From: Gemmata obscuriglobus | GTDB lineage: Bacteria; Planctomycetota; Planctomycetia; Gemmatales; Gemmataceae | Direction of reading: 5' to 3' | Length of the DNA stretch: 32,000 bases | Assembly (NCBI RefSeq): GCF_008065095.1 | Contig: NZ_CP042911.1 | Location: 3,720,001 to 3,752,000, forward strand | Shown: positions 1 to 8,831 of the stretch, in pieces | How positions within the stretch are numbered: the stretch's first letter is position 1 | Layout: each line of letters opens with the position of its first letter | Made by a program: the position numbers and the translations under genes | Notes under the pieces: generated by a model | Told to the model about the DNA's origin: nothing | Database searches by the model: none | Seen by the model: only the letters and a program-made list of their open reading frames with translations

Positions 1-2
1 TC

Positions 3-983
<981 letters not shown>

Positions 984-1059
984 ACTCCTCCGGTCGGTCA
1001 CGATTCGCGGCGCCGGCGGACCCCGCCGCGCCGCTCTGCTCCCGGTGGTGAGGGACCGC

Positions 1060-1896
1060 ATGAGTGACGGAGATAACTGGGTCGACCACGCCGTGCTCGA
1101 ATTCCACTCGGGACGGCCGCTGACCTTATTGTTCGACTACGACGGTACGCTCGCGCCCATCGTCCCGCACCCCGCACTGGCGATCCTCGCGCCGCAGGTT
1201 CGCGCCCGGCTGCGCCGGCTCGCCCGAGCCCCCGGGGTGGCGGTCGGCGTGATCAGCGGGCGGGCGCTGGCCGACGTGCGCGACATGGTCGGTATCGACG
1301 ACTTGTACTTTGGCGGCAGCGGCGGGGCGGAATTGGACCTCTGTGGGGTAACAGAGGTCGAGCCGATACCGGCGGACGCCCAGCGCCAACTGACGGCCGC
1401 CGTTTCCGACTTGCGGGCCGCACTCGCCGGGTTCCACGGCGTCTGGCTCGAGCCCAAGCCGGTCGGGTTCGCGGTCCACTACCGGGCGACCCCGGAGCCC
1501 ACCGCAACCGCGTTCCACGCGTTCTTCAGCCGGTGGCACACCCAGTTCCCCGCGCTCCGAGTGCTGGACGTGTGCAAATCCTACGAAGTGGGGCTACGGG
1601 ACGGGTGGGACAAGGGGGATGCGGTGCGGCGCGTCCTGGCCGAACAGCCCGCGCACACGTTCGCAGCTTACTTCGGTGATTCGGAGAACGACCGCCCGGC
1701 GATGGCCGCGGTCGTTGCTGCCGACGGTGTGAGCGTCGGCGTCGGTCCGGAAGCGCCTGCTGGAACGAGGTACACGCTGCCCACGCCGGCCCGGCTGCAC
1801 ACCGACCTCGCGCGCCTGTGCGGCGCGCTGAACCTGTTCGACCGCGGCACCCACTCGGCAGGCGGAGCGGAGGCGACCCGTGACCACCTTGTATGA
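1060..1896 (+). CDS. otsB: trehalose-6-phosphate phosphatase (HAD superfamily)
   Basis: ATG at 1060 within ORF 862-1896. It has the HAD motif I LLFDYDGTLAP, then VISGR and a C-terminal GDSENDRPAM motif, and lies directly downstream of otsA. The ORF part upstream of 1060 is Arg/Pro/Ser-rich and overlaps the otsA 3' end, so it is taken as non-coding. Confidence 0.85.
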   Translation: MSDGDNWVDHAVLEFHSGRPLTLLFDYDGTLAPIVPHPALAILAPQVRARLRRLARAPGVAVGVISGRALADVRDMVGIDDLYFGGSGGAELDLCGVTEVEPIPADAQRQLTAAVSDLRAALAGFHGVWLEPKPVGFAVHYRATPEPTATAFHAFFSRWHTQFPALRVLDVCKSYEVGLRDGWDKGDAVRRVLAEQPAHTFAAYFGDSENDRPAMAAVVAADGVSVGVGPEAPAGTRYTLPTPARLHTDLARLCGALNLFDRGTHSAGGAEATRDHLV

Positions 1897-2290
1897 CGCG
1901 GGCCGCCCCCAGGAGCGGCGGCCCGGTGTTCTGCTGATCGACCCGGACCCGACCGCCCGGGCTAGCCTGGCCCGCGGGCTCGAGGGCGCCGGCTGGCACG
2001 TGTGGGCCGTGGACGGCAGCACCGCCATGGAAACGTACCGACTGCACCGGGACAATATTGACGTTGCGCTGGTGGACCTTCAGTTCCCGGGCCTTCAGGG
2101 CGGGCGACTGCTCGCCGAACTGGGGCAGGTGGCTCCCGAACTGACCCGGTGTGCGATGTCCGGCGGGGTGAAGGCGTACACCGCATCCGCGTACCGGCGG
2201 ATGAGCGGCACCCCTCTGTTCGCCAAACCGCTCGACCCGCGTGCGCTGGCCGCGGCCCTCCATGACCTATTGCTCGTGAGCCGCACCTGA
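1880..2290 (+). CDS. single-domain response regulator (CheY-like receiver, no output domain)
   Basis: GTG start at 1880 is preceded by GGAGG (1869-1873) with a 6-nt spacer. Receiver signatures are VLLIDPDP, VALVDLQFPG (phospho-acceptor Asp context) and FAKPLD (conserved Lys). It overlaps the otsB 3' end by 17 nt. Confidence 0.8.
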   Translation: MTTLYDAGRPQERRPGVLLIDPDPTARASLARGLEGAGWHVWAVDGSTAMETYRLHRDNIDVALVDLQFPGLQGGRLLAELGQVAPELTRCAMSGGVKAYTASAYRRMSGTPLFAKPLDPRALAAALHDLLLVSRT

Positions 2291-3712
2291 GCCCGCGTAT
2301 CCGTTCACGGGGTGGCGATGGGTGCCGGGAAGGAGTGAGGGCACGGGTGTGCCGTTTCGTGCGGCCTGAATGGCGTCGGTGAGGAAGGTGAGCACGTTTC
2401 GGCCTTGCTGCTGGCACGAGGCGACGACGGTGAGCACCCGCTCGACGAATCGGGAGCCGCGTTCGGAGTCGGTGCCGTAACTGGTCTTGCGCCAGCACAC
2501 CGCGTGGCGCAGGGCCCGCTCGGCCGCGTTGTTGGTGGGCTCGACGCCGTCCACCCGGGCGAACGTGTACAGGGCTCCACCGAACCGAAGCAACTCGCGG
2601 CACACGCCCGCGGTGATCGCGCACCCGCACGTGCGCCCGCGCCCCAGTTGGGCGTAGACGGCCGCCCGAACCCCGCCCAGGTGATGGGACACGAACCGGG
2701 CCCGGCTCAACGTCCCGTCTCGCACCCGGGGCCACGCGCCCAGGAGCGCATCGGCCGAGGCCAACAGGGCGGTCCCGATCGGGGACCCGTCGTTGCCCCG
2801 GTCGATCATCGCCTGGAAGTCCCGCCGCAGGTGCGCCCAACACACCTGGCGCCGGTCCGGTGACAGGTGGTCGTACACCGAGTACCGGTCGGTGGTGAGC
2901 ACACCCGGGGTTCCCGGGATCAGCTCGCCCAACACCTTGCGGGCTCGGGACCGGCGGATCACGAACCCGGTCAACCGGTCGGCCACCGCGACCCACAGCC
3001 AGGCCCGGCTCCGGCCCTCGCGCCATCCGGTCTCGTCCACGTTCGCGGACCTCCCCGTGAGGTGGGCGTGGACCGCCGTGGTGACCGGCTCCCGGGCGCC
3101 CGCGGTGCGGTCCTGGAGGTGGCACACGGCACCCGGGCTGATCGGCACCCCGAACAGGTCCCTCAGCACCCGCGCGACGCCCCGCTTGCCGAGTCGGTAC
3201 GCCCCGGTCAGGACCGCGCAGGCGGCCTGGGTCCGGGGGCCGTATCCGCCCCGCACCCCGGGTGGCAATGGTGGGCATGTGACCCGCGCGCAACGGGGGC
3301 AGGTGAGCCGGTGTCGCCGGTACTCGGTCACCTGGGGCCGCACCGCGGGTAACTCGAGCACCTGGTGGCGAATGGGCTCGGGATCGGTCCCGGCGAGCGC
3401 ACCGGAGCACCCGGCGCACACCTCGGGCCGCAACTCGAGGACCGTGTCCGGGGGCAGGTCCGGGCGGGTCCGCTTGGGGTGCCCGGGTTGTCCGCCCCGG
3501 GCCTTCCCGGTTCCTTTCCGAGGCGGTGCCGGCTTCACCTGCGGGCCGTCGGAGGACGGGGGCTTGGACGAGTTGGACGGGCTCTGGTTGAGACGGGCTT
3601 CCAGGGCCGCAACCCGGGCTTCCAGGGCCGCAATTACCGCCGACACGGCGGCCTGGGCCGCCGCCGGCAGTTGGTTCCAGAGCTCCTCAGGGATTGGCGG
3701 GGTTGCGCCCAT
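2267..3712 (-). CDS. IS66-family transposase
   Basis: 481 aa. It has an N-terminal leucine-zipper-like AALEARVAALEARLNQSPSNSSKPPSSD, a Cys motif region CAGC...CPRC, and DDE region motifs VDETGW, TDRYSVY and CWAHLRRDF, all characteristic of IS66 TnpC-type transposases. The ORF runs 30 nt past the left IR before its stop. Confidence 0.9.
   Translation of the reverse strand: MGATPPIPEELWNQLPAAAQAAVSAVIAALEARVAALEARLNQSPSNSSKPPSSDGPQVKPAPPRKGTGKARGGQPGHPKRTRPDLPPDTVLELRPEVCAGCSGALAGTDPEPIRHQVLELPAVRPQVTEYRRHRLTCPRCARVTCPPLPPGVRGGYGPRTQAACAVLTGAYRLGKRGVARVLRDLFGVPISPGAVCHLQDRTAGAREPVTTAVHAHLTGRSANVDETGWREGRSRAWLWVAVADRLTGFVIRRSRARKVLGELIPGTPGVLTTDRYSVYDHLSPDRRQVCWAHLRRDFQAMIDRGNDGSPIGTALLASADALLGAWPRVRDGTLSRARFVSHHLGGVRAAVYAQLGRGRTCGCAITAGVCRELLRFGGALYTFARVDGVEPTNNAAERALRHAVCWRKTSYGTDSERGSRFVERVLTVVASCQQQGRNVLTFLTDAIQAARNGTPVPSLLPGTHRHPVNGYAGSGAAHEQ
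2297..2313. repeat. IS66 terminal inverted repeat (end distal to transposase start)
   Basis: GTATCCGTTCACGGGGT pairs with 3766-3782. Confidence 0.8.
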
Positions 3713-3765
3713 TACACACGAATCTGCGGCTCCAGGCCGACCCCGGCAAGTCGACCGGCGATCAG

Positions 3766-3782
3766 ACCCCGTGAACGGTTAC
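3766..3782. repeat. IS66 terminal inverted repeat (end proximal to transposase start)
   Basis: accccgtgaacggttac is the reverse complement of GTAACCGTTCACGGGGT; 16/17 match to 2297-2313. Confidence 0.8.
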
Positions 3783-4603
3783 GTTCACCTGGGTGACCGG
3801 GGACAGCGTGTACGGCGACAGCCCGACATTCGTGCAGGGGGGCCGGGCTCTGGGCACGTGGTACGTGGTCGACGCGTCGGCCGACGCGCGGGTGTGGGTG
3901 GCCGAGCCGGTGGTCGTGCCGGCGGGCACCAAGGGCCGCCGGGGCCGTGCCACCACCGCGCCCCATGTGGCCACCAAGCCCGAGCGGGTGGACGCGGTGG
4001 CCGCGCGGCTCCCGGCCACGGCGTGGACCCGTGTGGTGGTGGCCGAGGGGAGCCAAGGGCCGAGGATCTTCGAGTACGCGGCCCTCTGGGTGTGGTTCAG
4101 CGAAGAAGGGCTCCCATCCGGGCGCGAGCGCCTGTTGGTGCGCCGGTCCGTGGGCCAGGAGCCCGAGCTCAAGTGCCACCGGTCCAACGCGCCCGAACAA
4201 ATCACGGTGGCGAAGTTGGCCCCGGTGCGCGGGTGCCATTGGTCGGTGGAGCAGAGCTTCCAGGCGGCCAAGGGGGAGTGCGGGTTGGACGAGTACGAGA
4301 CCCGGGGTTGGGTCGGGTAGCACCACCACACCGCCTTGTCCCTGTTGGCCTTGTGGTTCCTGGCACGGCAGAAGCGCCGGTTGGGGGAAAAAAGAGCCCC
4401 AGATGAGTTCCCCCGAGGTGCGCGCCCTGCTCGGGCACCTGCTCGACACGCGGCGCTGGGATGAGGACCAAATCCTGACGTGGTCCCGGTGGCGACAGGA
4501 GCGCAATCGCATCGCCAAAAGGTGCCACCGGAAGCGCCACCAGGCCGCACTGAGCGTAGCCGACGCCGAGCGGCGGAGTCGGGGACAACCAGAGGCGCTG
4601 TAG
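3783..4603 (+). pseudogene. IS701-family (DDE) transposase remnant: 5'-truncated at the IS66 end, with one in-frame stop and one frameshift
   Basis: Frame 1 reads (W)VTGDSVYGDSPTFVQ...LLVRRS...ELKCHRSNAP...WSVEQSFQAAKGECGLDEYETRGWVG, then TAG (4318-4320) where this family has Trp, then HHHTALSLLALWFLARQKRRLG. Homology then continues in frame 2 (SSPEVRALLGHLLDTRRWDEDQILTWSRWRQERNRIAKRCHRKRH) after the G5A6 run at 4383-4393. The N-terminal half is absent. Confidence 0.75.
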
Positions 4604-4913
4604 TATTACCCCGCCGGGGCCAAACAGGCCGGCGAATTCAAGCTTTTCAAGCCGAATTTCGCTCGCCGGGAATTGCTGCGTGATCGGTACTTGTCCGGCA
4701 GCATGCGTCGTTTGTCACGCAAGGTCAAAACTCGTCTTGGCGTCACAAGTCGGCACGTGCAAAACCCACTTCGCATCTACGACTGTCGTGTTCGACATGA
4801 CCTGTGCATGGGTGGGGGTGCGGGCCATCGGTGTGAGGCGCCCGCCGAATCAGATGCTGCCGTGGACCCACCCAAAATCGCAAGTTATCAGCGGTGCGCA
4901 TCGGGGGCATTGC

Positions 4914-6572
4914 TCAGTGATTCCATGAGAGTTCGGTGCTGTTGAAGAGCGCCCAGTACAGGTCCGCGAGCCGCCGCCTGCGTTCGTCACCACTCGTATT
5001 CGCAAGTCTGGTTGCGAAGTGGTGGCTTTCCTTCGGAGTTGGTCGGCGCGTCAGCACGGTCAGGTAAGCCGCTTCGACCGCGGCGCGATCGTCCGGCGCG
5101 AACATTGCGATTTGTGCCGAAGCACTCAACAGTTCTTCATTCGCCTTGCCGTCCACCAGGTCACCGTTCATCACCAGTAGGCGTTGCGGGATGGTGCCAC
5201 TGGATCGGGCGAATTCGTCGTCGTCGGCGTCGCCGTATCGCGCCACAAAATCCTTCTCGCTGAAGTACCGGGCCAGCCGCACGAAGACGTGCGATTGCTG
5301 GTCTATCGTTTTCACACTTGCGGCCTGGATCACGTTCCCGATCACTTGTTCGGGGCGCAGCCGCGAGAGGGGGAACACGGCCCACGCTTCGTCATGAGAC
5401 TCGGTAATTTCGAACGCGGCAGCGCTGTCGAGCCGAAACACGTCGAGGGAGGAAATGAGCAGGATGAGCCGGCGGATGTCGTGCCCGTGGGCCGCAAAGT
5501 CGTCCCCCAGAATGCGGAGCGCGGGGGGCGCCTGCTCGTCGCTCATCTCTGCAAGCGTCTGTGCTTCGATCCGGTTCGTCAGCGGGCGGCCGAACAGCAT
5601 GGCCCACACACGGTTCACGGTCGCACGCGCGAAGTAGACGTTCTTCGTGTCGGTGACCCACGCCGCGAGGCGCGAGCGCCTCGTGCCGGTGGCGGGCAGC
5701 AACTCCGGCAGAAATGGCACACCGGGACCGATTTCATGTCGCCCGCCCGCAACGCGATCCTCGAAGCCGTATTCGCCGGTAGCAGCGTCCGTGATGTTGG
5801 TCACCACATGTCTCGTCTGCCCGAAGAACGCTGCGAGTGCCTGGAAATGCGTCTGCTTCCAAGTCGGTTCGAGGAAGTGGTCATGGCACTGCGCGCAGTC
5901 GATGCGCAGACCCAGGAACGCACGGCTGACGCGCACCGCGAGCTTTTCGGGGTCAGGGGCTTCCTTGTTGTCGTCGTAGCCCGCGGCTACGAAGTTGACC
6001 GCGGGCACATCCGTGTTGAGACCTTGCGCGGCAATCATCTGCGTCACGACCTCGGCATACGAGGTGTTCTTGAGGAACTCGTCGCTCAGCCACGCGATAA
6101 ATTTGCGCTTGCGGTACACGACGGGTGGCCCGTCTTCGGTGCCGATGTACGCCCGCGCGAGTCGGTCGGCGAAGTAGTCGGCGAACCGTCGGTCCTTTAG
6201 CAGGTGATGCGCCCAGCCCTCAACACGCATCTCGGGCGATTGCTCCTCGAACTGGCGGACATCTTCCAGCGACGGCACGCTGCCCGTGAGCGCGAGCGAC
6301 AGCCGGCGGGCCACGGTGAGGTCAGCAGCGAGTGGGGCAGGGACGAGCCCTTTTTCGGCCCACTGGTCCCGAAATGCGCGGTTCACCTTCGCGACCGTGA
6401 CACGGAAGTCGGGCCGCTCGGTCGGGGCTGCGTCGAACGTGATCTTGCGCCTGGGTGCGGATAGTGGAAACAGGCTCGCCCACAGCGAGAGAGCTGAGCC
6501 GAGTACGACCGCGGCGAATAGGACGTTTCGGCCCCACATATCTGATGTTCCGTGCGGGAGATCGCAGTGCAT
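4914..6572 (-). CDS. DUF1549/DUF1553 domain protein (planctomycete PSD1-type), N-terminal membrane anchor
   Basis: DUF1549-like WAEKGLVPAPLAADLTVARRLSLALTGSVPSLEDV; DUF1553-like RIDCAQCHDHFLEPTWKQTHFQALAAFF; family-typical C-terminus DLYWALFNSTELSWNH. The start is uncertain. ATG 6572 has a GGTGGG-like SD; ATG 6539 sits directly before the hydrophobic anchor. ATG 6740 is unlikely because it would overlap the divergent gene. Confidence 0.85.
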   Translation of the reverse strand: MHCDLPHGTSDMWGRNVLFAAVVLGSALSLWASLFPLSAPRRKITFDAAPTERPDFRVTVAKVNRAFRDQWAEKGLVPAPLAADLTVARRLSLALTGSVPSLEDVRQFEEQSPEMRVEGWAHHLLKDRRFADYFADRLARAYIGTEDGPPVVYRKRKFIAWLSDEFLKNTSYAEVVTQMIAAQGLNTDVPAVNFVAAGYDDNKEAPDPEKLAVRVSRAFLGLRIDCAQCHDHFLEPTWKQTHFQALAAFFGQTRHVVTNITDAATGEYGFEDRVAGGRHEIGPGVPFLPELLPATGTRRSRLAAWVTDTKNVYFARATVNRVWAMLFGRPLTNRIEAQTLAEMSDEQAPPALRILGDDFAAHGHDIRRLILLISSLDVFRLDSAAAFEITESHDEAWAVFPLSRLRPEQVIGNVIQAASVKTIDQQSHVFVRLARYFSEKDFVARYGDADDDEFARSSGTIPQRLLVMNGDLVDGKANEELLSASAQIAMFAPDDRAAVEAAYLTVLTRRPTPKESHHFATRLANTSGDERRRRLADLYWALFNSTELSWNH

Positions 6573-6694
6573 ACCCACCGTCCATCGTGCGCGTTTCACG
6601 AAACCGTACGCTTCGTCCGGGGGTAGTACGGGTGCCGGTCGGTGAGTACCTACCGGGAGTTCTGCAGGCACCCGATTCGGCCCCCACAATTCCA

Positions 6695-7915
6695 ATGGCA
6701 GCTCACGCAATTCCCGTCGCGCCGCCGCTGATCGGACCAACGTTCGATGACCCTCTTCCGGTCGCGCAACCGGTTCGTGCGCCAGTTCCGGAGATGATTC
6801 CCGGTGCGGAGCCGGGTGCGAACCCGTTGCTGCGCGCGATCGGCCTCCTTGGAGCAGGGCTGGAATGGTGCTTCGGGGTTGTGGTACTGCTTCTGGGCCT
6901 ATCGGTGCTGGCGGCGGTGCCGCTCGGGCAGTTCTTGGTTTTGGGCTATCTGTTGGAAGCGAGCGGGCGGGTGGCCCGATCCGGGCGCATCCGGGATGGG
7001 TTCATCGGCGTCCGCCGGGCGGCCCTGTTCGGAGGAGCCGCGTTGGTGGGCGGCGTGATGTGGCTCCCGCTCTACCTGATGTCGCTCCAGGCGGAAGCGG
7101 CTCGGATCATCGACCCGCGCGGGACGATCGCGCGGGTGTGGGAGATCACGCTCGGCGTCTCCGCGGTGGTTCTCGTGCTCCATGTGGCCGGCGCGCTTTT
7201 CTGGGGCGGGCGGGTCCGGCATTTTTTGAATCCGATCAACGTTCCGTGGCTCGCGCACCGGCTGTTCCAGGGCGGGATGTACCAGGAGGCACGAGACCGT
7301 GTTTGGGAACTCGTTGTCGGGTTACGGCTGCCGTACTACTTCTGGCTCGGCCTTCGGGGGTTTGTGGGCGGGTTCATCTGGCTCGCGTGCCCGCTTTTCC
7401 TTCTCGGGCTCGGGCACAAGTTTTGGGGCGTCGGGTTGCTCGGCGCGGCGCTACTTTCGGTTGTGGTGCCGTGCGTACCCTTCTTGCAGGTGCGGTTCGC
7501 CCGGACGCGGCGGTTCGCCACGTTTTTCGAGTTGCGAAAGGTCCGCGGCGTGTACCGACGGGCGCCGCTTGCGTTTGCGTTCGCACTGTGTGTCCATCTG
7601 CTGTTCGCGATGCCGCTATACGTGCTGAAAATCGAACTCATCCCGCGCGAACTGTTCTTCGTTGAGGGGCTGTTCTTCCTGCTGTTCATCTTCCCGGCGC
7701 GGCTGCTGGGTGGGTGGGCGTATGCACGCGGCACGCGGCGCCAGCTACCGCGGCTTTGGGTGTCCCGGTGGGCAGGCCGGCTCGCGGCGGTTCCGGTGGT
7801 GCTCGCGTACGTGTTTGCCGTGTGGGTGTCACAACACATTGGCTGGGCGGGCGTGTCGAGCCTGTACGAGCAGCACGCGTTCCTGCTGCCGGTACCGTTC
7901 GTGACGTGGCGGTGA
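6695..7915 (+). CDS. polytopic integral membrane protein, family not recognised
   Basis: ATG at 6695 within ORF 6455-7915. A Pro-rich N-terminus is followed by many long hydrophobic segments (e.g. WCFGVVVLLLGLSVLAAVPLGQFLVLGYLL, LFFLLFIFPARLL, AAVPVVLAYVFAVWV). It is divergent from the DUF1549/1553 gene and convergent with the DUF58 gene. Confidence 0.65.
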   Translation: MAAHAIPVAPPLIGPTFDDPLPVAQPVRAPVPEMIPGAEPGANPLLRAIGLLGAGLEWCFGVVVLLLGLSVLAAVPLGQFLVLGYLLEASGRVARSGRIRDGFIGVRRAALFGGAALVGGVMWLPLYLMSLQAEAARIIDPRGTIARVWEITLGVSAVVLVLHVAGALFWGGRVRHFLNPINVPWLAHRLFQGGMYQEARDRVWELVVGLRLPYYFWLGLRGFVGGFIWLACPLFLLGLGHKFWGVGLLGAALLSVVVPCVPFLQVRFARTRRFATFFELRKVRGVYRRAPLAFAFALCVHLLFAMPLYVLKIELIPRELFFVEGLFFLLFIFPARLLGGWAYARGTRRQLPRLWVSRWAGRLAAVPVVLAYVFAVWVSQHIGWAGVSSLYEQHAFLLPVPFVTWR

Positions 7916-7937
7916 TTTCCGGCCCGCCCCGGCGACG

Positions 7938-8819
7938 TTACCGCCCGTGACGCTTCTGAAGGTACGCGGCGAGGTCGTGCCCGAGGTCGGCGTCGGTGCG
8001 GAGCCGGACGTAGTCGATCTCCAACCGCCGACAGCCGCTCTCGATCGAATCGATGTGCGCGTGGAGCGCTTTCAAATAGCTGTCACGAACGCCGGCCGGG
8101 TCGGTGAGGACTTCCGGCATCCCCTCAAGGCCCTTGAACAGCGTCGTCTGGCGGAACGGAAAATCGAGTTCGGCCGCGTCGAGCGTGTGAAACAGCACCA
8201 CCTCGTGTTTCTGGTAGCGGAGGTGCTGTAGTGCCGCGAGAAGATCCGGTACGTCGTCGAGCAGGTCGCTGAACACGAACACGATCCCGCGCCGCCCGGT
8301 GCGCCCCGCCAGTTCGTCCATCCCGCGTGCGGCCCCGGCCCCGTCGGAAAAGGGGCCGGTCGCCATCACGCGACACGCCTCGCGGAGCTGGTTCGACTGG
8401 CCGGACGGTCGCAGGAATGCACGCACCCCGCCGGCCACCAAACTGACGCCCACGGTGTCGGCCTGCTGGAGCACGAGGTAGGCCATCGCGGCCGCCGCCG
8501 AGCACGCGAGTTCGTACTTGCTGCGGGCCGCGGAGGCGTACGCCATCGACTCGCTGGCGTCCACAACGACCCACGCGACGAGGTTCGTCTCCTGCTCGTA
8601 CTGCTTCATGAAGTACCGTTTGGTCCGCGCGTACACGGCCCAGTCGATGTGCTTCACGTCGTCGCCCGGCGCGTACTCGCGGTGCTGCGCGAACTCCACC
8701 GCCAGCCCCTGGCGCGGGCTGCGGTGCTTGCCCGCGAGGTAGCCTTCCACGAACTGCCGCGCCTCGATCTCCAGGCGGTCGATTCGGGACAGAACGGCGG
8801 CGTCGAGCGGGTTCGACAT
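7938..8819 (-). CDS. DUF58 domain protein (VWA-like, MoxR-associated)
   Basis: HRSPRQGLAVEFAQHREYAPGDDVKHIDWAVYARTKRYFMKQYEQETNL...VVVDASESM is the canonical DUF58 signature. The start lies 12 nt downstream of the MoxR stop. Confidence 0.85.
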   Translation of the reverse strand: MSNPLDAAVLSRIDRLEIEARQFVEGYLAGKHRSPRQGLAVEFAQHREYAPGDDVKHIDWAVYARTKRYFMKQYEQETNLVAWVVVDASESMAYASAARSKYELACSAAAAMAYLVLQQADTVGVSLVAGGVRAFLRPSGQSNQLREACRVMATGPFSDGAGAARGMDELAGRTGRRGIVFVFSDLLDDVPDLLAALQHLRYQKHEVVLFHTLDAAELDFPFRQTTLFKGLEGMPEVLTDPAGVRDSYLKALHAHIDSIESGCRRLEIDYVRLRTDADLGHDLAAYLQKRHGR

Positions 8820-8831
8820 GGTGCGGGTGAC

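Larger units (their letters stand above)
2297..3782 (-). mobile_element. IS66-family insertion sequence, single-ORF type (about 1.49 kb)
   Basis: Terminal inverted repeats GTATCCGTTCACGGGGT (2297-2313) and reverse complement of 3766-3782 = GTAACCGTTCACGGGGT (16/17 identical, with the GTA start typical of IS66 ends). They bracket one IS66-type transposase ORF. The 8-nt flanks (gagcccgc / gttcacct) do not match, so no target-site duplication is visible. Confidence 0.8.

Noticed and set aside
3595-3633. Tandem direct repeat GGGCTTCCAGGGCCGCAA x2 (21-nt period), checked as a possible repeat array
   Set aside because: There are only two copies, and they lie inside the transposase ORF. They encode the AALEARVAALEARL coiled-coil/leucine-zipper segment and are not a CRISPR-like or regulatory array.
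4388-4394. AAAAAAG (A6G) heptamer exactly where the IS701-like frame changes, considered as a programmed ribosomal frameshift site as in IS1/IS3
   Set aside because: The required shift is +1 (frame 1 to frame 2), not the -1 used at A6G sites. IS701-family transposases are single-ORF proteins. The same gene also has an in-frame TAG and lacks its 5' half, so a homopolymer indel in a pseudogene is the simpler reading.
1962-4406. Long alternative-frame and antisense ORFs across the IS66 element (1962-3419 minus, 2793-4406 plus, 2405-2863, 2867-3352, 3365-3796)
   Set aside because: All are Arg/Pro/Gly-rich with no recognisable domains. The 2267-3712 frame carries the full IS66 transposase signature.
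4634-4645. Adjacent EcoRI and HindIII sites (GAATTCAAGCTT), reminiscent of a cloning polylinker
   Set aside because: No other polylinker sites or vector-like sequence flank it. It lies in a natural-looking lower-GC intergenic tract and is most likely coincidence.
6573-6740. Longest start (6740) for the DUF1549/DUF1553 gene, and the 6455 start for the membrane-protein ORF
   Set aside because: The two extensions would overlap each other on opposite strands, and both are compositionally atypical. The internal starts (6572 or 6539, and 6695) leave a plausible divergent promoter region.
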